Assembly: GCA_023422695.1 (NCBI GenBank)
Contig: JAFAGN010000018.1
Location: forward strand, 23,791 to 87,790
Reading direction: 5' to 3'
DNA: 64,000 nucleotides
Source of the DNA: Pseudomonadota bacterium
GTDB lineage: Bacteria; Pseudomonadota; Alphaproteobacteria; Sphingomonadales; Sphingomonadaceae
In this document: piece after piece, positions 60,489-64,000 of the stretch
Layout: every line of letters begins with the position of its first letter
Numbering within the stretch: position 1 is the stretch's first letter
The notes under the pieces: model-generated
The model's database searches: none
What the model saw: only the letters and a program-made list of their open reading frames with translations
What the model was told of the DNA's origin: nothing
Position numbers and translations under genes: made by a program

Positions 60489-61991
60489 ATGGAATCGGCC
60501 AGGATCTCGTCGCTCGGCCGCGACACGCGGGCGAGTCGCCTCATCATCCTTCTCCTGACGATCGGATTTGTTGCGCTCCTCGCCGCGGCATTGACTGCTT
60601 TTTATGTCCAGCGCCAGAATGAGGCCGACGCCCGAAAGGTGGCGCACACGCTCGCGGTCGAGGCCAATCTCGGGGCCTTCGCCAGCGCGACAGAGCGGAT
60701 GGAGACTGCGCGCCGCGGGCTGATCCTCACGCAAAGCCCGGCTTTCGCGACGATCATGGACGAGGCGGAGGAGGACTCGCGCGCCCAGCTTGCATCGCTC
60801 GAGACGCTGATCAGCGACAATCCGAAGCAGCGCGGCCGTGCCGCAAGGCTTCACGCGCACCTCGACGCCTATGGCCGTCATTACCGCGCGACGCTTGGCC
60901 TTCGCGGCACGGACCGCGCGGCGCTGATCGCCGACTTTACGAACGACAAGGGGGTGCTCGAGGTGCGCGCTGCGCGCGCGGTCGTCGAGGCGATGCTCGA
61001 GAGCGAACTCGCGCTCCTCAAGGATCGCGAAGCGCGGCAGCAGCGCACGCAGTCTTTGTTCACCCTGACGCTGATCGGGACAGGAATCCTCCTGCTGGTG
61101 GTCGCCGCCGCCACGCTGCTCCTCGTTCGCAACAATCTCGTCGAGCTCCGCGCATCGCGCGCGGAACTTCGCCGTCTCAACGAAGGGCTTGAGGAACTGG
61201 TCGATGCGCGCACGGGCGAACTCAAGCGCGCCAATGCCGAAATCCAGCGCTTCGCCTATATCGTGTCGCACGATCTGCGTTCGCCACTCGTCAATGTGAT
61301 GGGTTTCACGGCCGAACTCGAGACCGCGCGCAAGGCGATCTCGGGCTATCTCGAGCAGGGAGACACGCAGGGCTGGCAGGCGCCCGACGCCGCGACGCGG
61401 CTCGCGATCGAGGAGGATCTGCCGGAATCGATCGGCTTCATTCGCACCTCCACGCAGAAGATGGACCGGCTGATCAACGCCATCCTCAATCTCTCGCGCC
61501 AGGGTCGCCGCACGCTCGCGCCCGAAACGCTTGCTCTCGGCGACGTCGTGGGCGCGATCGTCGGCAGCCTGCAGCACCGCATCGACGAGACCGGCACGAC
61601 GGTCGAAGTGTCGGACCTGCCGACCGTGATCAATGACCGGGTCGCGGTCGAGCAGATCCTCTCGAATCTCATCGAAAATGCCCTCAAATATCTGCAGCCG
61701 GGGCGGGCGGGGATCATTCGCATAACCGGGGGCGCCGATCTCGGGCGCGCTTGGGTGGCGGTCGCCGACAATGGTCGCGGCATCGAGCCGCGCGATCACG
61801 AACGCGTGTTCGACCTCTTCCGAAGGTCGGGCGTCCAGGACCAGCAGGGGGAGGGGATCGGTCTTGCCCACGCCCGCGCGCTTGCCTATCGCCTCGGCGG
61901 TAATATCGAAATCCAGTCCGAACTCGGTGCGGGTTCCACCTTTCGGCTGATCCTGCCCCTCGTGTGGCAAAGCGGAGAAGAAGATGCCTGA
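60489..61991 (+). CDS. CHASE3 sensor histidine kinase
   Basis: TM-CHASE3 (VAHTL.V..ETA.RG..LT..DNP.Q)-TM; SHDLRSPL, NLIENALKY, DNGRGI, GIGLA. Confidence 0.9.
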   Translation: MESARISSLGRDTRASRLIILLLTIGFVALLAAALTAFYVQRQNEADARKVAHTLAVEANLGAFASATERMETARRGLILTQSPAFATIMDEAEEDSRAQLASLETLISDNPKQRGRAARLHAHLDAYGRHYRATLGLRGTDRAALIADFTNDKGVLEVRAARAVVEAMLESELALLKDREARQQRTQSLFTLTLIGTGILLLVVAAATLLLVRNNLVELRASRAELRRLNEGLEELVDARTGELKRANAEIQRFAYIVSHDLRSPLVNVMGFTAELETARKAISGYLEQGDTQGWQAPDAATRLAIEEDLPESIGFIRTSTQKMDRLINAILNLSRQGRRTLAPETLALGDVVGAIVGSLQHRIDETGTTVEVSDLPTVINDRVAVEQILSNLIENALKYLQPGRAGIIRITGGADLGRAWVAVADNGRGIEPRDHERVFDLFRRSGVQDQQGEGIGLAHARALAYRLGGNIEIQSELGAGSTFRLILPLVWQSGEEDA

Positions 61992-62430
61992 CCAACTGCC
62001 CGTAAACATCGTGATGATCGAGGACGATGAGGGGCATGCGCGCCTTATCGAGAAGAACATCCGGCGCGCCGGCATTTCCAACAAGATCCATCATTTTCTC
62101 GACGGCACCTCGGCTCTCGAGTTCCTGTATGATGCGGCGGAGGGCCCGGTGCGCAACGGGCCGGCGCTCGTGCTGCTCGACCTCAATCTGCCCGACATGA
62201 GCGGGACCGACATTCTCGCCAGGCTGAAGGCCGACAGCAGTCCGCTGCGCCGCACGCCCGTCGTCGTGCTCACGACCACCGACGACAAGATCGAGATCCA
62301 GCGCTGCTACGACCTCGGCTGCAACGTCTATATCACCAAGCCGGTGAACTATGAGAATTTCGCCGACGCCATTCGCCAGCTCGGTCTTTTCCTCTCGGTG
62401 ATCCATGTCCCCGATCCCGATCCGGTTTGA
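61984..62430 (+). CDS. Response regulator (Rcp1-like)
   Basis: IEDD, LLDLNLP, VVLTT, CY.LG.N.YITKP. Confidence 0.92.
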   Translation: MPDQLPVNIVMIEDDEGHARLIEKNIRRAGISNKIHHFLDGTSALEFLYDAAEGPVRNGPALVLLDLNLPDMSGTDILARLKADSSPLRRTPVVVLTTTDDKIEIQRCYDLGCNVYITKPVNYENFADAIRQLGLFLSVIHVPDPDPV

Positions 62431-63500
62431 GACGCGCCCTGGCCCACATTCTCTATATCGATGACGATGACGGCATGCGGCGGCTTGCGTCGCGCGCGCT
62501 TGGCCGGAAAGGTTATGAAGTCAGCCTCGCGGCAAGCGGCGGCGAGGGCGTCGACATGGCGAAGGTCACTGCCTTCGATCTCGTTGCCGTCGATCATTAT
62601 ATGCCCGGGCAGGACGGGCTCGCGACGCTCGAGGCGCTTCGCGCACTACGCGACTGCCCGCCCGTCGTCTATGTGACGGGCTCCGAGGAGAGTCGCATCG
62701 CCGTGGCGGCGTTGAAGTCGGGTGCCGACGATTATGTGGTAAAGTCGGTCGGCGAGGATTTCTTCGATCTTTTGGCCTCGAGCTTCGAACAGGTGCTCGA
62801 GCGTGCCCAGCTTCGGCGCGCGCGCGCCGAGGTGGAGAGCGAGCTGCGCGCGACCAATGCGCGGCTGGAAGCGCTGCTCAAGGAAGTGAACCACCGCGTC
62901 GCGAACAATCTCCAGATGGTGATGTCTTTCGTCGCCCTCCAGTCGAAGACGATCGCCGATCCCGCGGCCCGCGAGGCGCTGCAGAAGACGCAACAACGGA
63001 TAGCGACGGTCGCGCAAGTCAACCGGCGCCTCTACACCACCGACGACGTCGAATATGTGGCGATGGACGATTATCTGGGCGGCCTTGCCGAGGATCTCTC
63101 GGCAACCTGGTCGACGGGGGTCGCCGCGCGGCGCGTTATCGCCGACGTCGAGCCCATCCGTGTGGCCACCGACAAGGCCGTGGCGCTCGGCATGATCGCC
63201 AACGAATGGGTGAGCAACGCGTGCAAATATGCCTATGGCGACAGCCACGATGGCGAGATTCGGATATCGCTTCGCCGGGCCGACGAGACATTGCTCGAAC
63301 TCGCGGTTGTCGACGACGGGGCAGGGATGCCCTCCGACGGAACGGCGCGCGGCACGGGTCTCGGAACGCGCCTCATCGAAGCGTTGGCGCGGACCCACAA
63401 GGCGGCTGTCTCTTACAGCGCGGTCGATGCATCGCGCGATATGCCGGGCACGAGCGCGCTCATCCGGATCCAGTTGCGACCGGGCGAGCTCAAAGCCTAG
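62427..63500 (+). CDS. REC + HisKA_2 histidine kinase
   Basis: YIDDD, VDHYMP, EVNHRVANNLQ, NACKYA, DDGAG, GLG. Confidence 0.9.
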   Translation: MRRALAHILYIDDDDGMRRLASRALGRKGYEVSLAASGGEGVDMAKVTAFDLVAVDHYMPGQDGLATLEALRALRDCPPVVYVTGSEESRIAVAALKSGADDYVVKSVGEDFFDLLASSFEQVLERAQLRRARAEVESELRATNARLEALLKEVNHRVANNLQMVMSFVALQSKTIADPAAREALQKTQQRIATVAQVNRRLYTTDDVEYVAMDDYLGGLAEDLSATWSTGVAARRVIADVEPIRVATDKAVALGMIANEWVSNACKYAYGDSHDGEIRISLRRADETLLELAVVDDGAGMPSDGTARGTGLGTRLIEALARTHKAAVSYSAVDASRDMPGTSALIRIQLRPGELKA

Positions 63501-64000
63501 TTTGCGCCGCGCGGCTGCCGCGCGGGTTCGGCCGCCGCTGACGGGCGAGGCTGGACGAGCGCATCGCACTGCTTTTCGGGGCGGATGTAGATCGAGCTGA
63601 TATCGCTCGACGCAGCCTTGAGCTCGGCCTCGATCGCCTCGATCAGCGTCTCGGCCTCGCCCATCGCGAGACGATCCTCGAAGTCGGCGCTTACGGCGAC
63701 GAAAATCGAATTGGGTGCGGTGTGGATCGTGCGCACATGATTGACCGCGGTAATTTCGGGGCGCCTTTCGACGATGGTCCAGATATGCGCGATCAGTTCG
63801 GGGTCCGCAGCCTCGCCGATCAACAGCTCCTTCGCTTCGCGGGCTAGAAGGATCGCGACCGCCGCTAGGATTGCGCCGATCGCCATCGAGGCGATGCCGT
63901 CGATCCGCGGATCCCCTGTCGCATGGCTCAGCCATATGCCGCCGGCGGCGATCGCGAGGCCGGCGAGCGCGGCGCTGTCTTCGAACAGGACGATGAAACC
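63497..64000 (-). CDS. Cation diffusion facilitator transporter, 3' part only
   Basis: VLFEDSAAL.GL..DGIAS..LLIGE.A...IYIRP; frame open to the window edge. Confidence 0.85.
   Translation of the reverse strand, partial: GFIVLFEDSAALAGLAIAAGGIWLSHATGDPRIDGIASMAIGAILAAVAILLAREAKELLIGEAADPELIAHIWTIVERRPEITAVNHVRTIHTAPNSIFVAVSADFEDRLAMGEAETLIEAIEAELKAASSDISSIYIRPEKQCDALVQPRPSAAAEPARQPRGAN

Overview
High-GC alphaproteobacterial DNA. Gene content and promoter motifs suggest Sphingomonadaceae (Sphingopyxis-like); this is inference, not a database result. There are two layers. (1) About 1-8 kb and 29.6-64 kb form a large general-stress-response (GSR) neighbourhood: HWE/HisKA_2 kinases, single-domain response regulators, PfpI, BON, SDR, CsbD-like and DUF proteins, an NHEJ cluster (ligD-xth-2H phosphoesterase-ku, plus KTSC), a groESL/usg/Hsp20 heat-shock block and scattered GDP-mannose genes. 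Many of these genes are preceded by EcfG-type G(G/C)AAC-N16/17-(C/G)GTT-like promoters. (2) About 8.1-29.6 kb is an accessory defence/DNA-processing island that starts at a plasmid/ICE-type DUF736 + MNT-HEPN pair. It contains an RloC-like ABC-ATPase, an Mre11/Rad50-like pair, and a Shango-like TerB/ATPase/Lhr-helicase operon followed by a WYL-TerB gene and a Upf1-like SF1 helicase. The SngA-like protein has an added DUF805-like membrane domain and three copies of an unnamed ~30-aa motif. A short degenerate palindromic motif (GAAAGCGGAC) recurs at several module junctions of the island. No tRNA, rRNA, CRISPR array, integrase or transposase was recognised. All family assignments come from motif recognition by eye.
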